NCBI GenBank assembly: GCA_036556125.1
Contig: DATBJZ010000138.1
Span: forward strand, 124-64,123
Source: Gemmatimonadota bacterium
GTDB lineage: Bacteria; Gemmatimonadota; Gemmatimonadetes; JACCXV01
DNA: 64,000 nt
Reading direction: 5' to 3'
Of the stretch, positions 1 through 10,600 are shown one piece after another. A program made the position numbers and the translations under genes. Within the stretch, counting starts at the first letter, position 1. Every line of letters begins with the position of its first letter. Under the pieces are notes generated by a model. That model did not search any database, was not told the origin of the DNA, and saw nothing but the letters and a program-made list of their open reading frames with translations.

Positions 1-562
1 CCCGGCGCAGGAGCCACCGCTCGCAGCCAACGAGCACGGCCTGTGCGACGCGGTTGCGGAAGCCGCGGTGCGCCCGCAGCTGCTCCGGCAGACTCGACGC
101 CATGTCGTAGACGATGGGGACCTTTCTCCGTGACCCCAGCAGGGCGGCCAGGAACGCCCCCTCCTCGAGGGCGTGGATGCAGAGGTAATCGGCTTCCCGG
201 AGCCGCTGCCGGAGGACCGGAACCAGGCCGGCGTTCAGCACCAGCTTTCGCAGCGAGAGGCCAACCCGCACGTGCCGGATTCCGAGCGGGTTCCTCCCGC
301 GGTGGAAGCGGACGCCCGGGATGTCGAGAGGAGCGCCCACCGGGTAGACGACCACGTCCACCTCGTACGCCAGGCTGCTCAGGGCCTCGAGGAGCTGCCG
401 CAGGGCGATGGGGGTGCCGCGGTCCTCGTAGAACGGCTGGGGGGAGAGGACGAGGACGCGCCGTGAGGGCGCGGCCGGGGGATCGCTTCCGAGGCCCGGG
501 GCCGTTCTCGCCCCGCCTCCCGGCTCCGTCGCTGGCGTCGCGGCGGCGATGAGAGGGTTCAC
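1..562 (-). CDS. Glycosyltransferase family 4 (GT-B) protein, N-terminal part only; the C-terminus lies beyond the window start
   Basis: Reverse-strand translation reads ...SRRVLVLSPQPFYEDRGTPIALRQLLEALSSLAYEVDVVVYPVGAPLDIPGVRFHR..., typical of a GT4 N-terminal Rossmann domain. The start is a GTG around 560-598 (MNPLIAAA...). Not in the ORF track because it has no stop within the window. Confidence 0.5.
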   Translation of the reverse strand, partial: MNPLIAAATPATEPGGGARTAPGLGSDPPAAPSRRVLVLSPQPFYEDRGTPIALRQLLEALSSLAYEVDVVVYPVGAPLDIPGVRFHRGRNPLGIRHVRVGLSLRKLVLNAGLVPVLRQRLREADYLCIHALEEGAFLAALLGSRRKVPIVYDMASSLPEQLRAHRGFRNRVAQAVLVGCERWLLRR

Positions 563-740
563 GGAAGCGTCACCAGCGCTGGGCGGGCTGGAGTCCACGA
601 GGAAGCCGACGGTGCCCGAATCCTGCTCCGATAGCAAGCGGCGTGCCGCCGGATTCGCGTCGGTCTCGTGGCCTAGCCCATCGTGCGCCAAAAACCGTCT
701 CGCAACGGCTCGGGTGGTCCGGCGAGCGGCCGCCGGGTCG

Positions 741-2180
741 TCAGCCCTTCACTACCCCGAACGGCCGCAACCGGGCCACGCGCCGCGCCAGCCCCGCGCC
801 CTCCACGACCTCCGCCACGGCATCCACGTCCTTGTAGGCCAGGGGAGCCTCCTCGGCCAGGCCCTTGTTCGACGCGCACCGCACGACGATCCCCTGCGCC
901 TCGAGCTGGCGGCGGAGGTCGGCGCCGGTCACCTGCTTCTTCGCGGCCGTCCGGCTGAGGCGGCGGCCGGCGCCGTGGCAGGCGCTGCCCCAGGAGCGCT
1001 CGTCGGAGGTGTCCAGGCCCGCCAGCACCCACGACGCCGTCCCCATCGAGCCGGGGATGAACACGGGCTGGCCGATCCCGCGGTATGCCGCGGGCATCTC
1101 GGGATGGCTGGGACCGAACGCGCGGGTGGCGCCCTTCCGATGGACGCACACGTCCTGCCCGCCGTACCGCTCCATCTTGGCGATGTTGTGCGCCACGTCG
1201 TACACGACGCGCACGTCCTCGGGGGCGACGTCGGGGAAGATCCGCGTCGCCGCCGTCCGCACGCGGTGGCCCATGAGCTGGCGGTTGGACCACGCGAAGT
1301 TCGCCGCCGCCGCCATCGCCGCGAGGTAGTCGCGGCCCTCGAGCGACGACGCGGGCGCGCACGAGAGCTGGCGGTCGACCAGGGTGATTCCGCGCTCGGC
1401 GAGCCGGGCGTCCATCAGCCGAACGTAGTCCGTGCAGACCTGGTGGCCGAGGCCCCGGGAGCCGCTGTGGACGAGCGCCGTCACCTGACCCTCGAAGAGG
1501 CCCATCGCGCGTGCGGCCTCGGCGTCATGGACCGCCTCCACCTCCTGCACCTCCACGAAATGGTTCCCCGCCCCCATCGTGCCGAGCTGGTCGCGGCCGC
1601 GGTCGCGCGCCCGGCGGGACACCTTGTCGGGATCCGCTCCCGGCAGGCAGCCCTCGGACTCGGTGTGCTCGACGTCGGCGGCGAGGCCGAAGCCCTTCTC
1701 CTCGACGAGGAACCGGCTGCCCTCGGCGAGCACGCGGTCGAGCTCGGCGTCGGTCGCCCGCCAGGGGCCGCCCCGCCCCGTCCCCGACGGGATGCTGCGG
1801 GAGATCTCGTGCACGAACGCCTCGGCGCGGTCGCCGAGGTCGCGCCGGAGGAGCGGCGTGGAGAGCAGGCGGACCCCGCAGTTGATGTCGAAGCCGACCC
1901 CGCCCGGGGAAACGACGCCGTCCGGCATCCGCATGGCGGCGACGCCGCCCACGGGGAAGCCGTACCCTTCGTGCATGTCGGGCATCCCGTAGACGCGGCC
2001 CACCACGCCGGGGAGCGTCGCCACGTTCGCGAGCTGCGTGACGGCCTCGCCTTCGAGGATCGCTTCGAGGAGGTCGTGGCTGGCGTAGACGCGGGCCGGG
2101 ACGTGCATGCCCGGCCGCCAACCGGCGGGGATGTCGTACGCCCAGGGCGAGGTGCGCTTCGGCAGGGCCGGCTCGGGCAT
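741..2180 (-). CDS. rtcB: RNA-splicing ligase RtcB (3'-phosphate/5'-hydroxyl nucleic acid ligase)
   Basis: 479-aa ORF with the RtcB hallmarks GMPDMHEGYGFPVGGV, GAGNHFVEVQ, HSGSRGLGHQV and a C-terminal CHGAGR motif. Confidence 0.95.
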   Translation of the reverse strand: MPEPALPKRTSPWAYDIPAGWRPGMHVPARVYASHDLLEAILEGEAVTQLANVATLPGVVGRVYGMPDMHEGYGFPVGGVAAMRMPDGVVSPGGVGFDINCGVRLLSTPLLRRDLGDRAEAFVHEISRSIPSGTGRGGPWRATDAELDRVLAEGSRFLVEEKGFGLAADVEHTESEGCLPGADPDKVSRRARDRGRDQLGTMGAGNHFVEVQEVEAVHDAEAARAMGLFEGQVTALVHSGSRGLGHQVCTDYVRLMDARLAERGITLVDRQLSCAPASSLEGRDYLAAMAAAANFAWSNRQLMGHRVRTAATRIFPDVAPEDVRVVYDVAHNIAKMERYGGQDVCVHRKGATRAFGPSHPEMPAAYRGIGQPVFIPGSMGTASWVLAGLDTSDERSWGSACHGAGRRLSRTAAKKQVTGADLRRQLEAQGIVVRCASNKGLAEEAPLAYKDVDAVAEVVEGAGLARRVARLRPFGVVKG

Positions 2181-2220
2181 CGTCGTCTCCGGTGATGGCG
2201 CCGGCGCGAGCGGCGACGGC

Positions 2221-2748
2221 TCAGACGTCGAAGAGCACGGCGGCCCGCCAGCCGTCGCCGTCGCGGGTCAGCTCCAGGCCGTGGTACGTGGCGGCCTTGA
2301 GGGCGGACTCCCAGACGGACACGGGCGATCCGCGGACCTCCGCATCGACGGTCACCGCGTTCGCGGCACCCGGAAGGGCATCCGGCGCGGCACGCTCCGA
2401 GCGCGTCGCGCGGCGGGACGCGCCGGCGACGGCGGTCGGCGCTCCGACGGTGTCGCCCCGCCCGACCGCGCCCGAAAGGCGGAGGCCGCGCACCTCGCGG
2501 TAGGCCCGGCCTTCGACCTCGGAGCGGCCGATGAGCTCGTTCAGCCAGTCCACGAGCAGCGTCGCCGGGTCGCGCGCGGCGAGGCGGAGCGGTTCCCACG
2601 GTCCGGGCTCCCCTTCGGTGCGGCCGCACTCTCGCGCGACCACGCCGGCCGCCTCGACGAAGAGGCCCTCGAGGGTGGGCGCGCGCAGGGCCAGCCTGAG
2701 CTCTCCCACGTGCTCCTCGAAGCGGGCGCTGGCAGGGAGCGGCTCCAT
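2221..2748 (-). CDS. Archease (RtcB activator)
   Basis: 175-aa protein MEPLPASARFEEHVGELRL...KAATYHGLEL, the conserved archease C-terminus, within the longer 2221-3309 ORF. ATG at 2748. Sits immediately upstream of rtcB on the same strand, the canonical pairing. Confidence 0.8.
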   Translation of the reverse strand: MEPLPASARFEEHVGELRLALRAPTLEGLFVEAAGVVARECGRTEGEPGPWEPLRLAARDPATLLVDWLNELIGRSEVEGRAYREVRGLRLSGAVGRGDTVGAPTAVAGASRRATRSERAAPDALPGAANAVTVDAEVRGSPVSVWESALKAATYHGLELTRDGDGWRAAVLFDV

Positions 2749-2813
2749 CGCTGGACGGCGGGGGACGGGGGGAATAGACATAAGTATACCCCGCCCGACA
2801 TCCAGGAGGACGG

Positions 2814-4226
2814 ATGCTCTTCGAGCGCTTCGAGGATCCCGGGCTGTCGCAGTACTCCTACGCCGTCGGCTGCCAGACGACCGGACAGCTCGCGATCGTG
2901 GATCCGCGCCGCGACGTGGACGTCTACCTCCACTTCGCCGAGGACCGTTCGATGCGCATCGCGCACGTCCTCGAGACGCACATCCACGCCGACTACGCAT
3001 CCGGCGCCGGAGAGCTCGCGAAGCGGACGGGGGCCGAGCTGTGGCTCTCCGCCTACGACGCGGGGGAGACGTACGAGTCCACGCTGCCGCACCGCGAGCT
3101 GCGCGACGGCGCGGCGGTGACGATGGGCCGGGTGCGGCTCGAGGCGCTGCATACGCCCGGCCACACGCCCGAGCACGTGTCGCTCCTGGTCTACGACGGG
3201 GCGCGCTCCGAGACGGTCCCCGAGCTCCTGCTCTCGGGCGACTTCCTGTTCGTGGGCTCGGTCGGACGCCCCGACCTCCTGGGGGAGCAGGCCAAGAGGG
3301 ACCTGGCACGCCGGCTCTTCCACAGCGTTCGAGAGAAGCTGGCCGGGCTCCCCGAGGGCCTCGAGGTGCATCCGGGCCACGGGGCGGGTTCGATGTGCGG
3401 ATCGGGAATGAGCGGTCGGCCGCAGAGCACGCTGGGGTACGAGCGGGCGGCGAACTCGTACCTCGACGCCTCGCTCGACGAGGACGCGTTCGTGGAGCAC
3501 GTCCTCTCCCACGTCCCCCCGTTCCCCGACTACTACCGCAGGATGAAGCGCGTGAACGCCGCGGGCGCGCCGGTTCTGGAGGGGCTGCCGGGGAACGAGG
3601 CCGTCGCGCCGGAGCCGTTCCGCGCGCTGCTCCGGAGCGGCTACGTCGCGATCGACCTCCGGGACCAGCTCGCCTTCGGCGGCGGCCACGTGCCCCGCGC
3701 GTTCGGGATCGGGGCCGGCGGCAGCCTCTCGCAGTGGGCGGCGTGGGTGGTCCCCTACGAGACCCCGATCCTGCTCGTGACGCAGGACGGCCACTACGAC
3801 GAGGATTCGGTCCGGGCGCTGGTCCGGGTCGGCCTGGACGAGGTGCGCGGCTACCTGCGCGGGGGGATGCACGCGTGGGTGTCGGCGGGGCTCCCGGTCG
3901 CGGAGACCCCGCAGATCTCGCCCCTCGAGCTCCACCGGCGGCTCAGCGGCGGCAACGGGCTCCGCGTGCTCGACGTCAGGACCGACGACGAGTGGGAGGA
4001 TGGTCACATCGCGGGCGCCGTGCACGTGATGGGGGGGACGCTGCCCTCCCGCCTCGACGAGGTGCCGCGCGACGGCGGGGGGCCGCTGGCGGTCGTGTGC
4101 GGCAGCGGCTACCGCTCGACCGTGGCCGTCAGCGTGCTGGAGCGCGCGGGCTTCGAGCACCTCCTGAACGTCACGGGCGGGATGGGCGCCTGGCACAGGG
4201 CGGGGCTGCCGACCGTGCGCGACTAG
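2814..4226 (+). CDS. Persulfide dioxygenase (ETHE1/MBL fold) fused to two rhodanese domains, a CstB/Blh-like sulfur dioxygenase-sulfurtransferase
   Basis: N-terminus has THIHADY and HTPGHTPEH MBL motifs. C-terminus has two rhodanese modules, the second with a CGSGYRS active-site loop. Ribosome-binding site caggaggacgg precedes the ATG. Confidence 0.9.
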   Translation: MLFERFEDPGLSQYSYAVGCQTTGQLAIVDPRRDVDVYLHFAEDRSMRIAHVLETHIHADYASGAGELAKRTGAELWLSAYDAGETYESTLPHRELRDGAAVTMGRVRLEALHTPGHTPEHVSLLVYDGARSETVPELLLSGDFLFVGSVGRPDLLGEQAKRDLARRLFHSVREKLAGLPEGLEVHPGHGAGSMCGSGMSGRPQSTLGYERAANSYLDASLDEDAFVEHVLSHVPPFPDYYRRMKRVNAAGAPVLEGLPGNEAVAPEPFRALLRSGYVAIDLRDQLAFGGGHVPRAFGIGAGGSLSQWAAWVVPYETPILLVTQDGHYDEDSVRALVRVGLDEVRGYLRGGMHAWVSAGLPVAETPQISPLELHRRLSGGNGLRVLDVRTDDEWEDGHIAGAVHVMGGTLPSRLDEVPRDGGGPLAVVCGSGYRSTVAVSVLERAGFEHLLNVTGGMGAWHRAGLPTVRD

Positions 4227-4333
4227 CTCGACCCGAGCGAGCGGCGCACCCGTCGGACGCGCGCGAAAGGTCGTGCCCCGCCGCATTCCACGGGGCGGCG
4301 CCTGCAGACGCGCCGTCAGCCGCGAGGCGACTC

Positions 4334-5917
4334 CTACTTCCTTCCCGCGAGATCCACGGACCCGGGCGGTAGCCCCGGTCCGTCGGCCAGCGCGCGGGCG
4401 GTCTCCAGCCAGAAGCGCACGTACTGCGCCGCGCCCTCCCAGCCGAGCACGCGCGAAAGGTCGTCGGTCGAGCGGTGGTAGTGCTCCTTGAGGTAGAGCG
4501 CGGCCTGCTCGACCCCCCAGGCGGGCTCGCGCTCCTCGAATGCGAGGCCGGGGAAGAGCAGCGTGCCGGGAACGCCCGCGCGCAGGAACGAGTAGTGGTC
4601 GGAGCGGAAGAAGAACCCCTCCGACGGAAACGGATTCGGGCTCCACTCGAGCCCCTGCGCCTCGACGGCGCCGCGGAGCGCCTCCTCGAACGGGGCCGCG
4701 GCCGACGCCGCGACCGCGACGACGTCGAGTGAGCGGCCCCACGCCTCCGGCGATCCGTCCTTGTTGAGGCACGCGACGATCGAGTCCAGCGGGACCGTCG
4801 GGTGCTCGACGAAGTACTCCGATCCCATCAGCCCGGCCTCCTCCGCGGTCGGGAAGAAGAAGAGCAGCGAGCGGCGCGAGGGGCCCTGCAGCCGCGCCAG
4901 CGCCGCCACCTCGATCAGCTCTCCCACCGACATCGCGTTGTCGATCACGCCGGAGTAGACGGCGCGATCGCTGCGGCCGAGGCCGTCCCAGTGCGCGGAG
5001 AGGCACACGTGCTCCGGCGCGACCGCGGGATCCGCGCCTGGCAGCCGCGCCAGGACGTTGGAGCTGCGGAACCGGCGGAGGTCCTGCCGCAGCTCGAGGG
5101 CGAGCCGGCCGGGCAGCGGGCGGGCGGCGAATCCCGGTCGGACCGCCTCCTCCCAGGGATTGATGCCGCCCGACATCGCCGCGACGAGCGGCCCCTTCAG
5201 CGCGACCCAGGGTGCGGGCTGCCCGCGCTGCCCGCGGCCCCAGCCGGGGAGGATCCGCTCCTCGCGCGCCAGGTCGTGGGGCTCCGGCCACTCCGTCACG
5301 TGCGACAGCAGGACGAGCCCGACCGCGCCGCGGCGCGCGGCGGCGTAGAGCTTCGAGACGGGCTGGGCCGCGGCGTGCGAGAGCCGCGTCTCCCCCGGAG
5401 GCTCTCCCTCGAGCGCGACGGCCCAGCGTCCGCGGAGGTCCGCCTGGCCGAAGTCGTCCCACCCCGCGGCGGAGCTCGAGATGCCGTACCCCACGAAGAC
5501 GAGCCCGCCCTCCACGGCGGCGCTCTCGACGGGCGCGTTCCAGCCGGCGAGGAAGTCGTCGGATCCGGCGCGCACGGCCGCGACGGAAGCCGTCGGATCG
5601 GGACCGTCGCCGGGATGCCAGGTGAGCGCCGTCCGGCGCGACGTGCGGATCCCCCGCAGCGGCACGGGCTGACGGAACCCCTCCGTGCCCGCGGGTTCCA
5701 GGCCGGCCTCGCGCAGCCGCGCCTCGACGTACTCGGCGGCGGCCTCGCCGCCCCGCGTGCCGGGCGCGCGACCCGCGTAGCGGTCGTCGGCGAGCTCGCG
5801 GACGTGCGAGGCGATCCGGATCTCGAGCGCGTCGGGGGGTGGAGACGCCGATCCCCCGGCGCAGCTCACGAGAGCCGGCTGAAGGGCGAGAGGCAGGAGG
5901 ACGAGGGAGCGGCGCAT
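4334..5917 (-). CDS. M28-family aminopeptidase with PA domain, lipoprotein
   Basis: Signal/lipobox MRRSLVLLPLALQPALVSCAGG. M28 catalytic region HWDGLG...DNAMSVGELIEVA...EEAGLMGSEYF. Confidence 0.85.
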   Translation of the reverse strand: MRRSLVLLPLALQPALVSCAGGSASPPPDALEIRIASHVRELADDRYAGRAPGTRGGEAAAEYVEARLREAGLEPAGTEGFRQPVPLRGIRTSRRTALTWHPGDGPDPTASVAAVRAGSDDFLAGWNAPVESAAVEGGLVFVGYGISSSAAGWDDFGQADLRGRWAVALEGEPPGETRLSHAAAQPVSKLYAAARRGAVGLVLLSHVTEWPEPHDLAREERILPGWGRGQRGQPAPWVALKGPLVAAMSGGINPWEEAVRPGFAARPLPGRLALELRQDLRRFRSSNVLARLPGADPAVAPEHVCLSAHWDGLGRSDRAVYSGVIDNAMSVGELIEVAALARLQGPSRRSLLFFFPTAEEAGLMGSEYFVEHPTVPLDSIVACLNKDGSPEAWGRSLDVVAVAASAAAPFEEALRGAVEAQGLEWSPNPFPSEGFFFRSDHYSFLRAGVPGTLLFPGLAFEEREPAWGVEQAALYLKEHYHRSTDDLSRVLGWEGAAQYVRFWLETARALADGPGLPPGSVDLAGRK

Positions 5918-5980
5918 CGGACGGTGTCCCCCGCCTCTACCCGGTCTCGTGCGCAGGGTTTCACCGGCGCGCCGCCGCGC

Positions 5981-6568
5981 TCAACCCTGGGCCGCGTGGG
6001 CGCCGTGATCGAAGCGCTGCGCCGCGAACCACGCGTGCAGAGCGCGGACCAGCGCCGGATCGCGTGTCTCGTACCGGATCGCCCCGCCGCCCGGCACGTC
6101 CGTGTACGTGACCTCGATCCGCGCAGCTCCCGCCCGCAGCTCCGCCAGCCCCGGCATCGCCGCCCCGTGGATCGCGGCCGGATCGGCGAAGTCTCCCCGG
6201 CGGAAGCGCTCGGCCTCCTCGCGGAGGTGGACCCGCGTCAGGCGGACCTGCTCGCCGTCCGCGGGGTCGTCCGCCGTCACGGTCTGGATGCCGCCCGACG
6301 GGTTCGGCGAGAAGACGTGCGTCGTGCGGTCGAGGTCGAACGGCATCACGCGCGCGCCGCGCTCAGCGACGTCACGCCGGCGCTCCGCGACGGCGGCGGA
6401 GTCGGCGAGCGTCGCCTGCGCGGCGCCGCCGGCGTACGCGGGAGGGTCGTCGGACGATGCATCGGGGCGGCAGCCGGTCGCGAGCGCGGTCGCCGCCGTC
6501 AGAAGGGCGGCCGTCACGGCCGCGGCCCGGGCTCCCCGCGCCGCGGGCGGCGCCGCCAGCCGCCTCAT
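5981..6568 (-). CDS. Hypothetical lipoprotein
   Basis: Starts MRRLAAPPAARGARAAAVTAALLTAATALATGC (lipobox) inside the longer 5981-6724 ORF. Its ATG overlaps the TGA of the upstream gene (ATGA). Confidence 0.55.
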   Translation of the reverse strand: MRRLAAPPAARGARAAAVTAALLTAATALATGCRPDASSDDPPAYAGGAAQATLADSAAVAERRRDVAERGARVMPFDLDRTTHVFSPNPSGGIQTVTADDPADGEQVRLTRVHLREEAERFRRGDFADPAAIHGAAMPGLAELRAGAARIEVTYTDVPGGGAIRYETRDPALVRALHAWFAAQRFDHGAHAAQG

Positions 6569-7155
6569 CGCGGCTCCGGCCGCGGCAGGTTCACGACGAC
6601 CTGGGTGCGGGCGGCGGCGAGCAGCTCCCCGTAGGCGTCGAGGTCGGCCGACGTGACGCCCTGCGCGTCGCGGCGGTCGAAGCGCTCGAGCATCGCCTCG
6701 CGGTCGGCGCCCTCCGGCTCCCACGGCTCGACGGCGAGCCCCGAGAACGCGCGCTCGAACTCGTAGCGGACGACGCCCGGCTGGAGCGTCGTGTTGCGGC
6801 GCCGCGTCCTGGCCCGGAGCTCGCGGTCGTAGTACGCGGCCACGCGATCGGGGGCATCGACGGTGAAGAACTCCGCGGCCACGAAGGGCGCCGTGTTCGC
6901 CTCGAACTCGGTCGCGTCGAGGCCGCCGGCGCCGGGATAGAGCGGGATGTCCGCCGACGCGAGCGCGGCCCTCGCCAGCCGAACGGGCTCGACCTCGGGG
7001 TCGTCCGGCCGGGCCGCCATCGCGCCGGATGGGCCCGCGGCCCTCGAGCCCGCGCCCTCCGCGTCGGATGCGCCGTCGGCGCCGGCGTCGCGCGCGCCGC
7101 CCGGATCACCGCAGGCCGCCCATGCCAGCGCCGCCAGCAGGCAGGTGGCGAGCAC
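6565..7155 (-). CDS. Hypothetical secreted protein or lipoprotein; start uncertain
   Basis: Non-low-complexity C-terminal 190 aa (ADIPLYPGAGGLDATEFEANTAPFVAAEFFTVDAPDRVAAYYDRELR...). Signal-like LATCLLAALAWAACG. The upstream part of the ORF is Arg-rich junk; the start is probably the GTG near 7155 or the CTG near 7194. Confidence 0.4.
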   Translation of the reverse strand: MLATCLLAALAWAACGDPGGARDAGADGASDAEGAGSRAAGPSGAMAARPDDPEVEPVRLARAALASADIPLYPGAGGLDATEFEANTAPFVAAEFFTVDAPDRVAAYYDRELRARTRRRNTTLQPGVVRYEFERAFSGLAVEPWEPEGADREAMLERFDRRDAQGVTSADLDAYGELLAAARTQVVVNLPRPEPR

Positions 7156-7616
7156 GGCCGGCGGCGCCTGCCGGCGCCGGTCCCGCGGCCGCAGGCATCC
7201 AGAGACGCCGTGCGAACGCCGGCGTCCTCGTGACGTCGCGAACGCCCGAGAGTCCAGACGGGCCCGCGAACGCCCGAGGTCCCCACGGGTTTCTCCATCG
7301 GACACGCGCATCGGCTCGGGGATTGGACGTGAACGCAGTGAGCGGAACCGCGGCGGAGCCTGCTCGGGCCGGCGCCGCGAAACTCCGCGAGTCCGGCTGC
7401 CGTACGAAGGTAACCGCCGCCGCCCCCGAGGGGCACCACCCGCGGAGGAACGCCACTGCGCCCGTCTCCGGTTCATCCCTCGCGCCGCGCGTCCCGCGCG
7501 ATTCGCGTGCGTCCGGTCCCAAATCGATTGTCGTCCGTCCCTGCTGCTGCTTTTCTAGCACCGCCGGGGCGGCGCTCCGCCGCCGCGGACCCCGTCCCTC
7601 ATCCGGACGTACGGCG

Positions 7617-10600
7617 ATGGCGCAGAGCCGGCTCAGCGGCCGCGAACGGCAGGTGATGGACGTTCTGTTCCGGCTCGGCTGCGCCTCCGCGGCGGACGTC
7701 CGGGCGGCCCTGCCGGACGCGCCGGGCTACTCGGCCGTGCGGGCCGTGCTCAGCGTCCTCGAACGCAAGGGCCTGCTCGTCCACCGTCCCGACGGCCAGC
7801 GGTACGTCTACGCTCCGCGGCCGGCGCGGTCCGACGCGCGCCGCCTCGAGCTCCGCCGGCTGCTGCACACGTTCTTCGACGATTCGGCGGAGGACGTCGT
7901 GGAGGCGCTCCTGGATCCCACCGTCGCGTCCCTGACTCCGGCCCGGCTCGAGCGCCTCGCGCGGCTCATCGAGGAGGCCGGCCACGCCGCCGCCGACGGA
8001 GAGGCCGCTCCCGCGCAGGAAGGCGGCGACGATCGCGGCCGCGCTCGCGCCGCGCGGGCGCCGAGGCCTTCGGCCGGCGCTTCGGCGACCCTGGTCGCCG
8101 CACTGGTCGGTGCTCTCGTGCAGGGCCTCGCGGCCGCCGAGCCCGCCCGCAGCCCGGCCGCCGTGCAGGTGCAGCCCTACGGCGGCGCCGTGGCGGGAAC
8201 GGCGCCCCTCGCAGGCCCCGCCGCAGGCGCCGCGAAGGTCCGGGCCGACACGGTCGCGGCGCCGCGCGGAGCCGCGGCGTCGGCCGTGGCGGACACGATC
8301 CGGCCCGCGAGCGGGGCGCCGCAGGACGCCGCCGGCACGTCGCGGGGGGACTCGCCCGCCCCCAAGCGCGTCCCCGCGGCGCGCATCCCGGCGCAGGCCC
8401 CGCACGTGGACGGGCGCCTCGACGACGCGGCGTGGGCGGCCGCCGCCTTCGAAGCGGGGTTCGTCCAGAAGGAGCCCGATCACGGCGCCGCGCCCGTCGA
8501 GCGTACGGAGGTCGCGTTCCTCTACGACGACCACGCGCTCTACGTCGCCGCGCGGATGGAGAGCCGCGACCCCGACGCGGTGGGCGACGTCGTGACCGCG
8601 CGCGACGACCACGGCAACGCGGAGCGGATCGTCGTCACGCTGGACACGTTCCACGACCGCCGGACCGCGTACGCCTTCGGCGTCACCGCGTCCGGCGTCC
8701 GGCTGGACTGGTTCCATCCCGACGACGACGAGACCCGCACCGACCTGACCTTCAACCCGGTGTGGGTCGCGCGGACGGCGCGCGATCCGCGCGGCTGGAC
8801 CGCGGAGATGCGCATTCCGTTCTCCCAGCTCCGCTTCCGGCGCGCGGATCCGCAGGTGTGGGGCGTCAACGTCCACCGGATCGTGCCGGCGCGGAACGAG
8901 AGCGACTACTGGGTCGCGGTCCCGCGCGACCAGAGCGGGTGGGCGTCCCGGTTCGGCGAGCTCGTGGGGATCGAGGGCGTGCCGGCGACGCGCCGCCTCG
9001 AGGTGACGCCCTACGTCTCGAGCGACACGCGCACCCGCAGCGACGCGCTCGTCGATCCCGAGAACCCGCTGGACGACGGGAGCCGCACGGGGTTCCGCAG
9101 CGGCGTGGACGTGAAGATGGGGCTCGGACCGAACCTGACGCTCGACGCGACGCTCAATCCCGACTTCGGGCAGGTCGAGGCCGACCCGGCGCAGGTGAAC
9201 CTCACGGCGTCGGAGATCTTCTTCGACGAGCGGCGGCCGTTCTTCACCGAGGGCAGCCGGCCGCTGGGCGCCCACCTCTACTCCGAGTTCACCACGAGCG
9301 ACCCGCCGCCGCTCTTCTACACGCGCCGCATCGGCGCCCCGCCGCACGGGACCGCGGACGCGGACTTCGTGCACGTCCCGCAGGTGAGCACGATCCTCGG
9401 GGCCGCGAAGCTCTCCGGTCGCCTCGACTCCGGCCTCTCGATCGGCGCGCTCGCCGCGCTCACCGACGCCGAGCACGCCGAAATCTTCGACGTCGCGCTC
9501 GGCCGCGAGGAGCTCGTCCGCGTCGAGCCGCGCACGGGGTTCGGGGTGCTGCGCGTCGAGCAGGAGCTCGGCCGCTCGGGCTCCACGGCGGCCCTGACGC
9601 TGACCGGCGTCCGGCGGGCGCTCGGCGAGGGCGACCCGCTGGCGGCGCTCCTCGTCGAGCAGGCGATCGCCGGCGGACTGGACTGGAACCTGCGCTTCGG
9701 GGGCGGCAACTACGACCTCAAGGGACATCTCCTCGGCAGCTGGCTGCGGGGCGACTCCCTCGCCATCGCGCGCGTGCAGCGCTCGAGCGTGCACTACTTC
9801 CAGCGGCCGGACACGCCCCAGGTCGACTTCGACCCGGGCCGCACGTCGCTCGCAGGCGGCAGCGCCATGCTGCGGTTCCGGAAGACGGGCGGCGGCCACT
9901 GGCGCGGGGAGGCGGGCGTGTGGGGGGACGGGCCCGCGTTCGAGATCAACGACCTCGGCCGCATCGGGAAGGCGGACGACATCGCGCTGTGGGGGAACCT
10001 CCGCTGGAGGGAGGACGACCCGGCCGGCACGCTGCGCAACTGGGAGGTCGGCCTGTTCGGCTCCAGCAACCTGAACTTCGGCGGGGTGCGGAAGTTCACG
10101 CGCGCCGCGCTGCGCGGCCGCACCACCTGGAGCAACTTCTGGGCGAGCCTGCTCGAGGTGGGCTACGTGCCGCCGTACACCAGCGACGACGCCACGCGCG
10201 GCGGTCCGTTGATGACGTGGGCGCCGGGCTGGGACCTCTACTACGAGCTCCTCGGCAACCAGCAGGCACGCACGCGCTGGAGCACGACCGGCTTCTTCTT
10301 CCGGAACGGCCTCGGCGGCTGGAGCCTCGAGCTGGACGGCGTGCTCGCGACGCAGGCGGGGGACCGGTGGAAGGTGTCCTTCGAGCCCCGGTTCCTGCTC
10401 GGGAACACGGCCCGCCAGTACCTCGCCACGCTCGACGGCGGCCGCGCCGAGACCTTCGGGAGCCGCTACGTCTTCGCGCACACGAAGCGGAGCGAGGTCG
10501 CGACGCCCGTCCGCGTGAACTACGCGATCTCGCCCGACCTCGGGCTCGAGCTCTACGCCGAGCCGTTCGCGTCGAGCGGCCGGTACCGCCGGTTCGGCGA

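Noticed and set aside
549-2195. 548-aa plus-strand ORF
   Set aside because: Antisense to the clearly homologous rtcB gene. Its translation is Arg/Ala/Gly-rich with no family resemblance, a typical high-GC open-frame artefact.
2541-5462. 973-aa minus-strand ORF spanning the PDO-rhodanese and M28 genes
   Set aside because: Overlaps two genes with strong homology on their own frames. Its translation is low-complexity.
7160-7616. Search for a BlaI-type TACA/TGTA operator upstream of the fusion gene
   Set aside because: Only short palindromes (atcgat, cgtacg) were found. Nothing convincing by eye.
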